A stretch of DNA of 64,000 bases from Candidatus Micrarchaeota archaeon. Its GTDB lineage: Archaea > Micrarchaeota > Micrarchaeia > Anstonellales > Bilamarchaeaceae. Both the position numbers and the translations under genes were made by a program. This document shows, piece by piece, positions 9,095 to 19,069 of the stretch. The first letter of the stretch is position 1. Each line of letters opens with the position of its first letter. The notes beneath the pieces were generated by a model. It saw nothing but the letters and a program-made list of their open reading frames with translations, was not told where the DNA came from and searched no databases. Where the stretch lies: assembly GCA_016212505.1 (NCBI GenBank), contig JACRGB010000028.1:9537-73536 (forward strand). Direction: 5' to 3'.

Positions 9095-10342
9095 TTACCA
9101 GGAAAAAGCTTCCTGCCTTAGTTCCTTTATGAGCATTAAAATATTATAACCAAACATAAGATACCAGTAGAAAGCTACAAAAGAAAGAATATAAATGGGG
9201 TTGACCTTCTCGCCTTTGAAGCTTTTTACTGCAACTGACACGAAAATTGTGGTGGATAGGACCACAAAAATAACCAGGAAGGTGAATAGGTCAATATTCA
9301 TGCCCAAGGTTTGCACCCAGATATAGCGGACATAATAAGGAGCTATGAAAAATGAGTAAAGCAATAAGCCGATTATCGTAAAGAATGCTGCAAGTGCAAT
9401 AAAGTTCATCGGGATAAAATACATGCCAAAGTCCCCGTATTCTGGTTTTATCATTTTCCGATAATGCCAATAATTACGGACTCCGCCCCTTTGCCACCTC
9501 ACCCTTTGTTTTAGTAATTCACCGATTCCGGCCGGAGGCTCGGTATAAACTTCCGCAGTAAGGGAACTGTGGATTTTGAAATTATGCGACTGGATACGGA
9601 GGGCGATTTCCTGATCTTCGACAAGATTCTTTTCATCAAACCCCCCGACAACACTAAATACGGAACTTCTGAACAAGCTGAATGGGCCGGGAGTCACAGG
9701 AACAGAATCCACAAAACTGAGGATTTTTCTTGAAAAGAGGATCATCAGGTACTCGACCCGTTGTAATTCCTTGAGCCAGGAGCGCGTGGGTGCAATCTTC
9801 ACTGCAGGGGTAACGGCCATGGTGTTCTTATCCTCAAAATAAGGAAGCATCTCTAGCAAAACATTTGGGGAAAGGTAAGAATCGGCATCCATTGTCGCGA
9901 CAAATTCACCGCTTATTTTTGCAATGCCAAAATTAAGCGCGGCCCCTTTGCCCTTATTTTCTTTTGTGAAAACCCGGAAGTTAAAGCCACTCTGTTCCGC
10001 AGACGCAGCGATATTTTTGGCGATCTTGCAGGTATCATCAGTAGAACCATCATCAACCATGATGATTTCGAGTTTTTCCTTAGGATAATCAAGCGATAAG
10101 ACGCTCTGAAGGCACTGCTCCAGGTACATACCTTCATTGTAGGCAGGAATAACGATCGAAACCTTGGGTCGAATGCCACTATCATCAGGACGAGTAAGGT
10201 AGCTGTCCTTGTGCTTAAAATAAAGAAGAATGAAGAAATTCACTGAGAAGAGAGTAATGAACGCGATCACATAATTTATAAGTAAAACAAAATCAATATC
10301 CATAGGATAGACCTCAAAAATAGTCTTTTTAATGTTATTCAA
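9095..10342 (-). CDS. family 2 glycosyltransferase, membrane-integrated processive type
   Basis: 415-aa ORF. GT2 DxD region (MVDDGSTDD, TMDADS), QRVRWQRG (QxxRW) motif and flanking TM helices. Confidence 0.85.
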   Translation of the reverse strand: MNNIKKTIFEVYPMDIDFVLLINYVIAFITLFSVNFFILLYFKHKDSYLTRPDDSGIRPKVSIVIPAYNEGMYLEQCLQSVLSLDYPKEKLEIIMVDDGSTDDTCKIAKNIAASAEQSGFNFRVFTKENKGKGAALNFGIAKISGEFVATMDADSYLSPNVLLEMLPYFEDKNTMAVTPAVKIAPTRSWLKELQRVEYLMILFSRKILSFVDSVPVTPGPFSLFRSSVFSVVGGFDEKNLVEDQEIALRIQSHNFKIHSSLTAEVYTEPPAGIGELLKQRVRWQRGGVRNYWHYRKMIKPEYGDFGMYFIPMNFIALAAFFTIIGLLLYSFFIAPYYVRYIWVQTLGMNIDLFTFLVIFVVLSTTIFVSVAVKSFKGEKVNPIYILSFVAFYWYLMFGYNILMLIKELRQEAFSW

Positions 10343-10369
10343 GCTGCCATCAGGCTTTTTGGGAGGAGT

Positions 10370-11221
10370 TTAGAACAAGAGAAGGCTCCTTGCAAATACA
10401 AGCGAGAGGATCATCCCTATGAGCAAGAACGGAAGAAAAGGCGGCAGGTTGGTGTAGACCGAAACTTTTTCGAGCTTTGTTTTTTGCAGCCGCTCGATCT
10501 CTTTTTGGGTAATGAGCCTCGGGAGCTTGTACCGATCGATCATGTCTTTGTTCATAAGCTCAAGCGCAAGCACATCCTCGGGCTCGAGTTCGGGAATAGT
10601 TCTCTCTTCACAAAGCATTTTGTTTATATCATCCTTGAATATGAGGAAAAAGATCGTGGCAAATAAAAGCACGCTTATTAGTGCAAAATAAACTGCTGAA
10701 AAAAGGAACGAGTTCATATAAACGTAGGCAAAGAGGAGGTAGGGAATAAAGAGGAGAGCGTACATCAGTTTTGGCTTAACCTCTTCCATTTTGTAGAGTT
10801 TCCATCCAAAGGACAGGAGGATAAAAAGTGCAAAGACTACCCCTGAGAAAATAAATGTTGAGAATATAAAAGGAAGGTTGAATGAAAGGCCGACAAAGCT
10901 TGGGTGCAATGGTAAGAGCAGCACGATTGACGAAATGACAAAAATATCCGCGGCCCCAAGCTGGCCTGCCCTATAAAACACAAAACCGATAATACCAAAT
11001 AGTACTGAAAGTGCTATTGAAAACCAGAATATATCAGACTGGAAGAAGATGAGGTTTACTAAGAAGGCAATGGCAAGAAACCCATAAAGGATATTATTCG
11101 GCACATTTTTCTTATTGAACAGGTCATAATATGCAGTAACTGCAACGCCCAAAAAGGCAACGACCACCCGGATAAGTTCGCCAGGCATTGATAGGTTTCC
11201 AAAAAGTACATCTTCCAGCAT
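10370..11221 (-). CDS. A24-family aspartic peptidase (archaeal prepilin/preflagellin peptidase-like)
   Basis: 283-aa polytopic ORF. The first Asp lies in YYDLFNKKNVPN and the second in GAADIFV, matching the two-Asp FlaK/PibD architecture. Confidence 0.55.
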   Translation of the reverse strand: MLEDVLFGNLSMPGELIRVVVAFLGVAVTAYYDLFNKKNVPNNILYGFLAIAFLVNLIFFQSDIFWFSIALSVLFGIIGFVFYRAGQLGAADIFVISSIVLLLPLHPSFVGLSFNLPFIFSTFIFSGVVFALFILLSFGWKLYKMEEVKPKLMYALLFIPYLLFAYVYMNSFLFSAVYFALISVLLFATIFFLIFKDDINKMLCEERTIPELEPEDVLALELMNKDMIDRYKLPRLITQKEIERLQKTKLEKVSVYTNLPPFLPFLLIGMILSLVFARSLLLF

Positions 11222-11273
11222 AATACTCAGAAGAAAGATCTATCAAACGTTTTAAAAAAGGGATTGAGGCCCG

Positions 11274-12911
11274 CTAGGTTGTGCCAAAAGAGAAAATTTT
11301 CTCCGAAAAATCAACTACCCAAAGCGGCATTTTCAACCGAATTAGGCCTTTTTTCAGTATTGAAACGTCTTCTTTTTTGAAGCATTTTAGAAGGATGGCG
11401 AAAAGTACAAACACCAGAGAAGCAAATGCGAAGACAATGCCAATAAGGAGCAGATAAAGTATTTTAGAAGCATAGGAACTAAGTGCAGCATCAGTTAACT
11501 GAGGCAATACAAAGGATGCAGAACCGATTAGTGGCTTTATTAGCATAACCAAAAAGAACATGACAAACCCGGCTAAAATGAGCTTGTATGATTCATAGGG
11601 GAAGGTAAATCCAAAGGTCTTTTTTCCATAGTAGCTAAAGAGCACAACCATTACCAAAAATCCTATTACAGATGCAACTGCAGAGCCAATCATCCCATAG
11701 ATCGGAATTAGAAGAAAATTAAACAGAACATTGACAATAGCAACTACAACCGTTATTTTAAATTCGAGTTTAATCATGCGGATTGCTGCAAAGGCTATAG
11801 AAACTACATACGCCAAGGCACTTATGAGCAGCCCTAATGTGAAAATAGCCATAACTTCACCCCCACCCGCGTAGCTCGGACCATAAAACTGGCCAAGCAT
11901 CTGCGAGGAAAAGCCAATAAACATAACCGCAACGGGGATAGTAATAAGAAGGACCCAGCGATTTGCAGTTTCCATCATTGAACGCATCTTACTGAGGTCA
12001 TTTTTTGCTGCCAGACGTGACATAAGTGGAAGAAAAATGCTTCCAATTGAGGCAGGAAATATAGAAAGGACCCCTGCAAAGGTTGTTGCAATAGAGTATA
12101 CTGCAACAAGTTCTGCGGCTGTTGCAGATGGGGTCAAATAACCAAGAAGCAGCCGATCAGCTGAAGAAATTAGGCTCCAGAGTGAACCTATCACTGAAAG
12201 GGTAATTCCAAAGGGGATTATTTCTCTTATGAATTCGTTATTCGTGAGTTGACTTTTATCCAAAGGCAGTAACGAAAACTTCTTTATGACCGAGGGTACC
12301 GAAGCCAGGATAGCAATTAAAAATGACAGTATGAAGGCGGCAGAAAGAGTGAGAATGGATGCGCCAAAAAGATAAAAGAATGCGGCTGAGAGGATGAGCT
12401 TGAAGACGTTTTGGGTGTTTTGTACCGATTGCATAGAACGGATATCGCCACTGCTTTGGAAAAAGCTGCTATTCATGCTGAGCAGGTTATTGAAAATGAG
12501 AAATACGGAGAGAATTTTTATTGCAAAAGGCAAATGGGAATTTTGGTAAATGGCACCGAAGTTATCTGCTTGCCAAAAGAGAAGGCCGAACAGGAGGAGG
12601 GAGGAAAAAAATATGCAGGTATAACCCATTTTCAGAAGATCCCGTATTTTTCCTTTTTCATTTCTTTCTGCGAAATAAGGGATATATCGGACAAGGGCTC
12701 CAGGAAGTCCAAGATCGTCAATGACACTTGGAATAGTGATTATGCTTATTGCAAGGTAGAATATGCCAACATCGCCTTGTGAAGCTGCACGTGCTATTAA
12801 AATAGCATAAAGAAACGAGACCAATTTAAGACTTATACTTCCAACTAAGCCCCAAACGCTTCCTTTTGCAATTTCTTTTGAGTAGCCTAAAAGTTCCTCT
12901 TCGCCATCCAT
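11274..12911 (-). CDS. MOP-superfamily oligosaccharide flippase (Wzx-like)
   Basis: 545-aa ORF with about 14 TM helices and an N-terminal region typical of polysaccharide-biosynthesis (Wzx) proteins. Confidence 0.8.
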   Translation of the reverse strand: MDGEEELLGYSKEIAKGSVWGLVGSISLKLVSFLYAILIARAASQGDVGIFYLAISIITIPSVIDDLGLPGALVRYIPYFAERNEKGKIRDLLKMGYTCIFFSSLLLFGLLFWQADNFGAIYQNSHLPFAIKILSVFLIFNNLLSMNSSFFQSSGDIRSMQSVQNTQNVFKLILSAAFFYLFGASILTLSAAFILSFLIAILASVPSVIKKFSLLPLDKSQLTNNEFIREIIPFGITLSVIGSLWSLISSADRLLLGYLTPSATAAELVAVYSIATTFAGVLSIFPASIGSIFLPLMSRLAAKNDLSKMRSMMETANRWVLLITIPVAVMFIGFSSQMLGQFYGPSYAGGGEVMAIFTLGLLISALAYVVSIAFAAIRMIKLEFKITVVVAIVNVLFNFLLIPIYGMIGSAVASVIGFLVMVVLFSYYGKKTFGFTFPYESYKLILAGFVMFFLVMLIKPLIGSASFVLPQLTDAALSSYASKILYLLLIGIVFAFASLVFVLFAILLKCFKKEDVSILKKGLIRLKMPLWVVDFSEKIFSFGTT

Positions 12912-12928
12912 AATTTGACCTAGAATAT

Positions 12929-13831
12929 TTATGAATAGTATGATATAAGCTTTTCAATGCCACTCTGAAGATCCACTTTGGCTGCAAAGCCGAGCTTTTT
13001 CTTTGCAAGAGAAGTATCGGCAAGCGTGTGGTCAACGTAATTTTTTATCTTGTTTGTTTCGTAAATGGGCTCTAATTTTGTCCCTAACTGGGAATTTAGC
13101 ATATCGACTACGTCTTTGAGTGAAGCGGATTTGCCAGTGCCAACATTGAAAATTCCTGAGCCATTGTAGTTTAAGGCGCACAGGTTGGCTTCCACAACAT
13201 CATCAACATAAGTAAAATCCCTGCTCTGGCTCCCATCACCAAAAATAAGAGGGCTCCTGCCGGCTAACAGGTCCCAAAGGAATTGGGAAATTAAATTTGC
13301 ATATTTACCTTTTGATTTTTCATGAGGCCCATAAATGCTGAAATAGCGCAATCCCACAACCCTCAGTCCATAAAAATCAGTGTACAGAGTTGCCAGGCGT
13401 TCCATTGAATATCTGGCTTCTGCATAAAAATCATTCACCTTTATTTGCATGTCCTCCTTATGCGGAGGCCTATTGCCGTTATATAGTGAGCTTGAAGAAG
13501 CAAAAACTACTTTGGAGTCATTTTTTCTCGAATAGTCGAGTATGGAAACCCAGTCGGAAATTGCTTTCCAAAAAAGCGATGAATCAGATTTATACATAGG
13601 GGAAGAGGAATAAACCCCTTCGTGGATTATTGCGTCAAATTTTTGGTTCATTTTTCCTAAATCGCCTGAATTTCCCTTAAAAAGATGAACCTTATCCAGT
13701 ATCTTTGCAAGGTTAGATTCATCTCCAGTGTGGAGATTGTCAATTGCATGAACTTCGTGGCCGTCTTTAATTAGGCGCTCGGTGATGTTTGAGCCAATAA
13801 AGCCAAGTGCGCCAGTAACAAGTATTCTCAT
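12929..13831 (-). CDS. NAD-dependent sugar epimerase/dehydratase (SDR)
   Basis: MRILVTGALGFIGSN Rossmann motif and YxxxK (YAEARYSME). The start is placed at internal Met14 of the 313-aa ORF (ATG at 13831). Confidence 0.85.
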   Translation of the reverse strand: MRILVTGALGFIGSNITERLIKDGHEVHAIDNLHTGDESNLAKILDKVHLFKGNSGDLGKMNQKFDAIIHEGVYSSSPMYKSDSSLFWKAISDWVSILDYSRKNDSKVVFASSSSLYNGNRPPHKEDMQIKVNDFYAEARYSMERLATLYTDFYGLRVVGLRYFSIYGPHEKSKGKYANLISQFLWDLLAGRSPLIFGDGSQSRDFTYVDDVVEANLCALNYNGSGIFNVGTGKSASLKDVVDMLNSQLGTKLEPIYETNKIKNYVDHTLADTSLAKKKLGFAAKVDLQSGIEKLISYYS

Positions 13832-13892
13832 ATAAATCAACCAAGTAATTAACGTGATTTGGCACAGCAAGCCAGATCAGGAACCGTGTAAT

Positions 13893-15083
13893 TTATTTTT
13901 TTATCGCGGACGTATTTTTATTACTGTGTGTTTCGATTATTTCTTTGGCTTTCTTATCAAACCGGCTGAGGAAAACATCCCAGGTAAAGTTCTTTTCAAC
14001 TTTTTTCCTCCCGGATTTGCCCATAGCAACTGCACGCTCGGGATCTTTAGCCAGTAATTGCATGCGCTCGGAAAGCTCATCTGGAGAATTAACCAAAAAT
14101 CCATCCACCCCATCTATTATCGTTTCCTTGGGCCCACCCTCATTTCTTGCAATACAAGGTTTGGATGAGGATGAGGCTTCAGCAGGAATCAGGCCATAGT
14201 CTTCATTTACAGGGGTATAAAGCACGGCATAACAGCACGCATAGAGTTCGTGGAGACGCTCTTCGCTCACGTTGGTTTCAATTATTATTGAACCACCTGC
14301 AATTTGCTGGCACATTGCCCTTACTTTATTGAAATAAGCAATATGCTCAGGCCTTTTTGAAAGGCTGCCGCAAATGATGAGTTTCCATCTTCCATCTTTG
14401 CCTTTTGGGTGGGCGGATAAAAATTTCTTAAATGCTTCAATTGCAAATTCCAGATCCTTTTCAGGGACAATCCTTGCAGGGTAAAAGAAAAACTGGTCAA
14501 AAGACTTGCAGGAAAACTTTTCAAATTCCACGCCAGGATAGAGGATCTCCGATTCTAAGTGGAGATATTTTTTTATCCTGGCCTGGCTGTTTTTGCTGTT
14601 TGTGAATACGTACTCAATTTTTGGAACTGTCCGAAATTCAAAATATTTGTAAGCTTTGATCGATGCCCAGAACATCACTTTTGACAAAATATTGCGGCGC
14701 TTCATTCTCCACTCGTAAAGGTCGAAAGCTTCGCGATTGGGCGAGTGATTATACCAAATTACTGGCGAATTTTTGTTCCGTATCCACTCAGAAGGAGTCT
14801 GATGAGCATTGATAATGTCATAATCGGTTGGGTTTAGTTTAAGGTTGTAAAAATAATTGCCTGCATCTATTGCGCCAAAAAGCCGTTTTCCAAAAGGAAG
14901 TTTGCTTTTGCTATTTTGCCGTTTCGAGTTAACTTCCAGGTTCTTGAATCCCTCGAACGTATTCTCAGGGTTATAGTTAAGGCATTCGATCCTGGCATCA
15001 AAATGCTCGGCAATTTTTAGCACTACCCTCTCCATGCCACCGCAGGTTTCAAGAAAAGGAGTTGCGATTATCAGTTTCATCAT
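13893..15083 (-). CDS. GT4-family (GT-B) glycosyltransferase
   Basis: 396-aa ORF with a C-terminal EDYGLIPAEA...G motif (the E-x7-E class). 4-nt overlap with pseG. Confidence 0.8.
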   Translation of the reverse strand: MMKLIIATPFLETCGGMERVVLKIAEHFDARIECLNYNPENTFEGFKNLEVNSKRQNSKSKLPFGKRLFGAIDAGNYFYNLKLNPTDYDIINAHQTPSEWIRNKNSPVIWYNHSPNREAFDLYEWRMKRRNILSKVMFWASIKAYKYFEFRTVPKIEYVFTNSKNSQARIKKYLHLESEILYPGVEFEKFSCKSFDQFFFYPARIVPEKDLEFAIEAFKKFLSAHPKGKDGRWKLIICGSLSKRPEHIAYFNKVRAMCQQIAGGSIIIETNVSEERLHELYACCYAVLYTPVNEDYGLIPAEASSSSKPCIARNEGGPKETIIDGVDGFLVNSPDELSERMQLLAKDPERAVAMGKSGRKKVEKNFTWDVFLSRFDKKAKEIIETHSNKNTSAIKK

Positions 15084-16198
15084 TGTGCCTCCTGAGCAGC
15101 ATCTTCAGGATCACTCAGATGGTCGCCTTTTTCTTCATCTGATTGGGAATTTGCCGGATTATTCTGATTGTTGTATGATTCTAGAAGAGCCTCCGCAAGA
15201 CGATACCGGCCAAGGCCATCGACAAGGTCTTCAAGCCGCCTTGAGAGGTTATCTCGCTCTTCCTTATTTTCAATTAAGCGCTTAATGGTACTGGAAAATT
15301 CGCCCTCGCTTATGGATCCGATTTCACCCACTGAAACTGCAAGGCCATTTTTGCCCGCATAGTCCAATATCAGCTTTTGGTTATCTGCATACCCGATAAG
15401 AATGCAGGGAGTTTTGAGCAGGGCGAGCTCATAAAATATTGAGCTTGGGCTTGCAATTGCAAGGTCGGTTTTCTCTATTTTTTTCGCCATATCCCCAACT
15501 TCAGGAAGAACTATAAAACGCGAATCCAGCCCGACCAATTTAGCTAGGTCTTCGCCCCGCTTGAAATTTGTGCCAGTAACAATGTAGGCTAGAAAATCCT
15601 GCTTAAGTTTTGAAAGCGCTTTTACCACAAAAATCGTTACGCCTTTCACATCGCTGCCGCCGAAAGTCACTAAAATATGTTTGACCTTATCCGGATTTTC
15701 GCGTTTAAACTCCTGATAAGGGTCAAATTCTGGTCGTAGTTGGACAAATTCGGTTCCTAGCAGAAGACGGGTATTTTTATCGCAGGAATAATCAAGAAGA
15801 TGGCCATATAGGTTGAGGTTAACCAGCACATGGCAGGGGTATTGCTTGATGTGCATATGGTCATCGAAAACAACTAGCAGCTTTACCCGCGGCTTAAGGT
15901 TCCTAAGATAATTTACATTGATAGAGTAGTTATCTACAATCAGTATATCGATATTGTTTTTTGAAACTGTTGCTATTGTTTCTTCCAGGTCTTCTTCAAT
16001 GGAAAGCGATGAGCCCAGATCAACAACAGAAAAGCCGCCATCAGAGATGAGTTTCTGGTAGTCGCCAGAACCGGAAGTGAAAAAGAATATGCTAGCATCA
16101 GGTGCGGTTTCTTTGAGTGCAGAAGCCAGAGTAAGGCAGCGCCTTAAATGGCCAGAACCAACAGCATAGTTGGCATTAGTCCTAAAAGCAAAATTCAT
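15080..16198 (-). CDS. pseG: UDP-2,4-diacetamido-2,4,6-trideoxy-beta-L-altropyranose hydrolase
   Basis: 372-aa ORF. The N-terminal FRTNANYAVGSGHLRRCLTLASAL matches the PseG signature (G-x-GH-x-x-RCL-x-LA). Carries an acidic C-terminal tail. Confidence 0.75.
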   Translation of the reverse strand: MNFAFRTNANYAVGSGHLRRCLTLASALKETAPDASIFFFTSGSGDYQKLISDGGFSVVDLGSSLSIEEDLEETIATVSKNNIDILIVDNYSINVNYLRNLKPRVKLLVVFDDHMHIKQYPCHVLVNLNLYGHLLDYSCDKNTRLLLGTEFVQLRPEFDPYQEFKRENPDKVKHILVTFGGSDVKGVTIFVVKALSKLKQDFLAYIVTGTNFKRGEDLAKLVGLDSRFIVLPEVGDMAKKIEKTDLAIASPSSIFYELALLKTPCILIGYADNQKLILDYAGKNGLAVSVGEIGSISEGEFSSTIKRLIENKEERDNLSRRLEDLVDGLGRYRLAEALLESYNNQNNPANSQSDEEKGDHLSDPEDAAQEAQ

Positions 16199-16251
16199 AC
16201 ACCTATTTTAGAGAAAAATGTTTATTAATAGCTGATGAGGCAGGTGGCAGT

Positions 16252-17700
16252 TCATTGTAGGGTTTCTGTAGGGCCTATGGTTGTCGGTTTAGGAGAAACA
16301 GTTGGTTCTGCAAACTGATAGTGTAATGTTGCGGTTATTGCCCCGGTAGTTACCTGTAAAATTATTGGAAGGGCAACTACTGGATAACTGACGGCGAGGG
16401 TCTTAATGAGGCCACCGTCATATAAATAGTCTGCTGTTTGAGCATTGCGCCGAATAGTAAACACATGGGAATTGCCATCAGTTGCACCTCCTTGGACAGA
16501 AAGTTCCATACCCATCCCATTATATTGTTCCATAAATTTAGCCGCTGGGCCAGTGTATCCCCAGATAGAATATGAGCCACCAGGTGCAAAAAAACCAACA
16601 TATGCATCATATTTCATTGATGCGCCTTGGAAGGAGGCTTTTGTGGTTACAGAATAGGTTGGACCAAAACTTCCCAGAGAAACCAGTGCGAATACGTTTG
16701 GTTGGGGATTAGGATTAGTTATTTTCATCGTCCCGTCTGGTTGATTCATGCAGGTTGCATTGCATTTTGATTTGTTAGGGCCGATCGGTTTAGTTCCATC
16801 AATGAAATAAGGAAATACTTCGTACCCGCTTGAAAGCGGAACGGCATTTGGGTCCAAATCATAAATCATAGCTGAAACAGGATTGTTTGGGTCATAAGCA
16901 GATCGTATTGTTGTAATTCCCTTTAAGTCAATTGGAGGAGTAATCCAAAAAAATACGGGTTTCCCTGGATTTTGTTTTTGGCTGGCACAATCTCCAGTAA
17001 CCAATCTGACGCTTTTCATTTTTGGATCAAATTGTTGGAATAAAGCGTAATCAAATTTATCCTGCCCCATCACCCCATTGGCATTGAGAATTGCTGAAAC
17101 TATACCTGATTGCTGCTGAGGGGTCAGGGTATTGCAGTATACTTTCTTGCCGGCCAAATCAGAAGCTTGAACTAAATCGGGAGATTTTTGTGCTAAGTCC
17201 GGTTGAGGAGTCGGGGTTAAGTCTATCTCCTGCAAATCCTTTAAAAGCGCTAACAGATCTGGGAGTAATGCACTGAGGTCTGGCAGCAGGATCAAATCAG
17301 GAGTTGCTGCATCAAATTCCGCATCATCTGGTTGAGCATCTTCTTTTGGCACAGCATCATCAGTTGTTAAGTCCGGCTGCTCTGTGTCCTTATCTACTTG
17401 TGTGAGGTCTGGCTTCTGGAAGTCTCCGCTGTCCAATGGGGGGAGCCCATCAACTGTGAACGTGCAGTTGGCAATAAAAATTGATGCGGCAGCCAAAGCA
17501 CGCCCTAGTCGGAGAGGGTTAAGAAATCCAAAAACATCTGCCATTGAAGAATAAAAAGACCCGAGTGAATCTTCCATAAGGCCAGTCATTCGACCAAATC
17601 TTTTTCTCCAGGATGCTGAGGGTGAGGATTCTTTTGGGTGAATTAGACTCGTATCTCTTTGAATTTGTTGAGTTTGAATAACCATAAGATCACTTACCAT
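16252..17700 (-). CDS. hypothetical secreted or anchored protein with acidic PDL-repeat linker
   Basis: 482-aa ORF. Hydrophobic segment LGRALAAASIFIA, then about 90 aa rich in the repeated P-D-L motif, then a beta-rich C-terminal domain. No family recognised. Confidence 0.6.
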   Translation of the reverse strand: MVSDLMVIQTQQIQRDTSLIHPKESSPSASWRKRFGRMTGLMEDSLGSFYSSMADVFGFLNPLRLGRALAAASIFIANCTFTVDGLPPLDSGDFQKPDLTQVDKDTEQPDLTTDDAVPKEDAQPDDAEFDAATPDLILLPDLSALLPDLLALLKDLQEIDLTPTPQPDLAQKSPDLVQASDLAGKKVYCNTLTPQQQSGIVSAILNANGVMGQDKFDYALFQQFDPKMKSVRLVTGDCASQKQNPGKPVFFWITPPIDLKGITTIRSAYDPNNPVSAMIYDLDPNAVPLSSGYEVFPYFIDGTKPIGPNKSKCNATCMNQPDGTMKITNPNPQPNVFALVSLGSFGPTYSVTTKASFQGASMKYDAYVGFFAPGGSYSIWGYTGPAAKFMEQYNGMGMELSVQGGATDGNSHVFTIRRNAQTADYLYDGGLIKTLAVSYPVVALPIILQVTTGAITATLHYQFAEPTVSPKPTTIGPTETLQ

Positions 17701-17832
17701 ACTTTTCTAATATTTATAATTTAATAGAAAAACCTTTTTAAGTGTATCGCTATGGAAGAGAGTGCTTCAATTAGTAGGTATTTTGTTGTGTTTTGGACTT
17801 ACCCAGAGAGGGCGATCTGGCTAGTAGATGAG

Positions 17833-17996
17833 GAAAAATTTGCAAAATTTTTCAGCATTGGATTGAAAACTGAAAGAAAACTGAAAGTTTTCAAAAATTG
17901 ACAGCGATTCGCTGTCAATGGAATTATACAAATATCAATACAAGGACAAAGTTTCACAAACTTTGTCCGCATTGGAAATTGGATACAATTTCCAAT
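17833..17996. repeat. array of five distinct perfect inverted repeats (hairpins)
   Basis: H1 17833-17853 (9-bp arms), H2 17863-17894 (8 bp), H3 17897-17919 (10 bp), H4 17944-17968 (11 bp), H5 17971-17996 (10 bp). All arms were verified as exact reverse complements. Confidence 0.85.
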
Positions 17997-18083
17997 ATAA
18001 CAAAAAAACATTAAAGTTTATAATTAGGAATATTTACTAGCATATACTCAAGTGTAATCAAATTCTTCGAGATTGGTGAGCTA

Positions 18084-19067
18084 ATGGAAAGGATGTTTGA
18101 AGGTAAGACAATACTTATTACTGGGGGAACGGGGTCATTTGGCCAGAAATTTACGCAGGTACTGCTCAAAGAATACAACCCCAAGGCAATTCGAATTTAT
18201 TCGAGGGGCGAACTGAAACAGGTTGAAATGGAAAGAAGGATAAATAATCCAAAAGTAAGATTTTTCATTGGTGATGTACGGGATAGGGACAGGTTATATA
18301 GGGCCATGAATGGGGTAGATATTGTCGTACACGCAGCGGCCCTCAAACACGTACCGGTGTGCGAATACAACCCGATAGAGGCAGTAAAAACAAACATAGA
18401 CGGTGCAGTTAATATCATTGATGCTGCAATAGACAATAATGTAGAAAAGGTGCTCGCACTTAGTACTGACAAAGCCGCGCAGCCGGTAAATCTTTATGGT
18501 GCAACCAAGCTTGTGGCTGAAAAACTCTTTGTACAGGGAAATGCGTATACCGGAGCCAATAAGACAAAATTCGCCTGCGTTCGCTATGGCAACGTTTTAG
18601 GCAGCAGTGGCAGTGTGGTACCTTTATTTCTTGAGCAAAGAAAGAGAGGTGAAATAACGATAACTGATGAACGAATGACCAGGTTTTGGATAACGCTTGA
18701 GCAGGGAGTGCAGATAGTAATCAATGGAATAAAAAATATGAAAGGCGGGGAGATATTTGTGCCTAAAATACCAAGCATGAAAATCACGGATTTGGCAGAT
18801 GTAATGGCGCCAAATACGATAAGAAAAACAATAGGTATCAGGCCAGGGGAAAAACTTCACGAAGTACTTCTTACTGCTGATGAAGCAGCGCATGCAAGAG
18901 AATATGTGGATCATTTTGTGATAGAACCTGAACACAAATTCTGGGTTTTAGCATTAGAGGAAGGAAAAAAACTAGCACCCGAGTTTACTTATTCGAGTGA
19001 TAATAACAAGGAGTGGCTTGACAAAGGGAAACTGAAAAACATTTTGGAAAAAGACGGGCTGATGTAG
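18084..19067 (+). CDS. pseB: UDP-N-acetylglucosamine 4,6-dehydratase (inverting)
   Basis: 327-aa ORF with KTILITGGTGSFGQKF, YGATKLVAE and the FlaA1/PseB-type short SDR layout. First gene of the pse operon. Confidence 0.9.
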   Translation: MERMFEGKTILITGGTGSFGQKFTQVLLKEYNPKAIRIYSRGELKQVEMERRINNPKVRFFIGDVRDRDRLYRAMNGVDIVVHAAALKHVPVCEYNPIEAVKTNIDGAVNIIDAAIDNNVEKVLALSTDKAAQPVNLYGATKLVAEKLFVQGNAYTGANKTKFACVRYGNVLGSSGSVVPLFLEQRKRGEITITDERMTRFWITLEQGVQIVINGIKNMKGGEIFVPKIPSMKITDLADVMAPNTIRKTIGIRPGEKLHEVLLTADEAAHAREYVDHFVIEPEHKFWVLALEEGKKLAPEFTYSSDNNKEWLDKGKLKNILEKDGLM

Positions 19068-19069
19068 TT

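Noticed and set aside
17799-18011. 70-codon Cys-rich ORF on the minus strand covering the hairpin array.
   Set aside because: The frame runs through five perfect palindromes, there is no recognisable start context, and the composition is dictated by the dyads. More likely non-coding.
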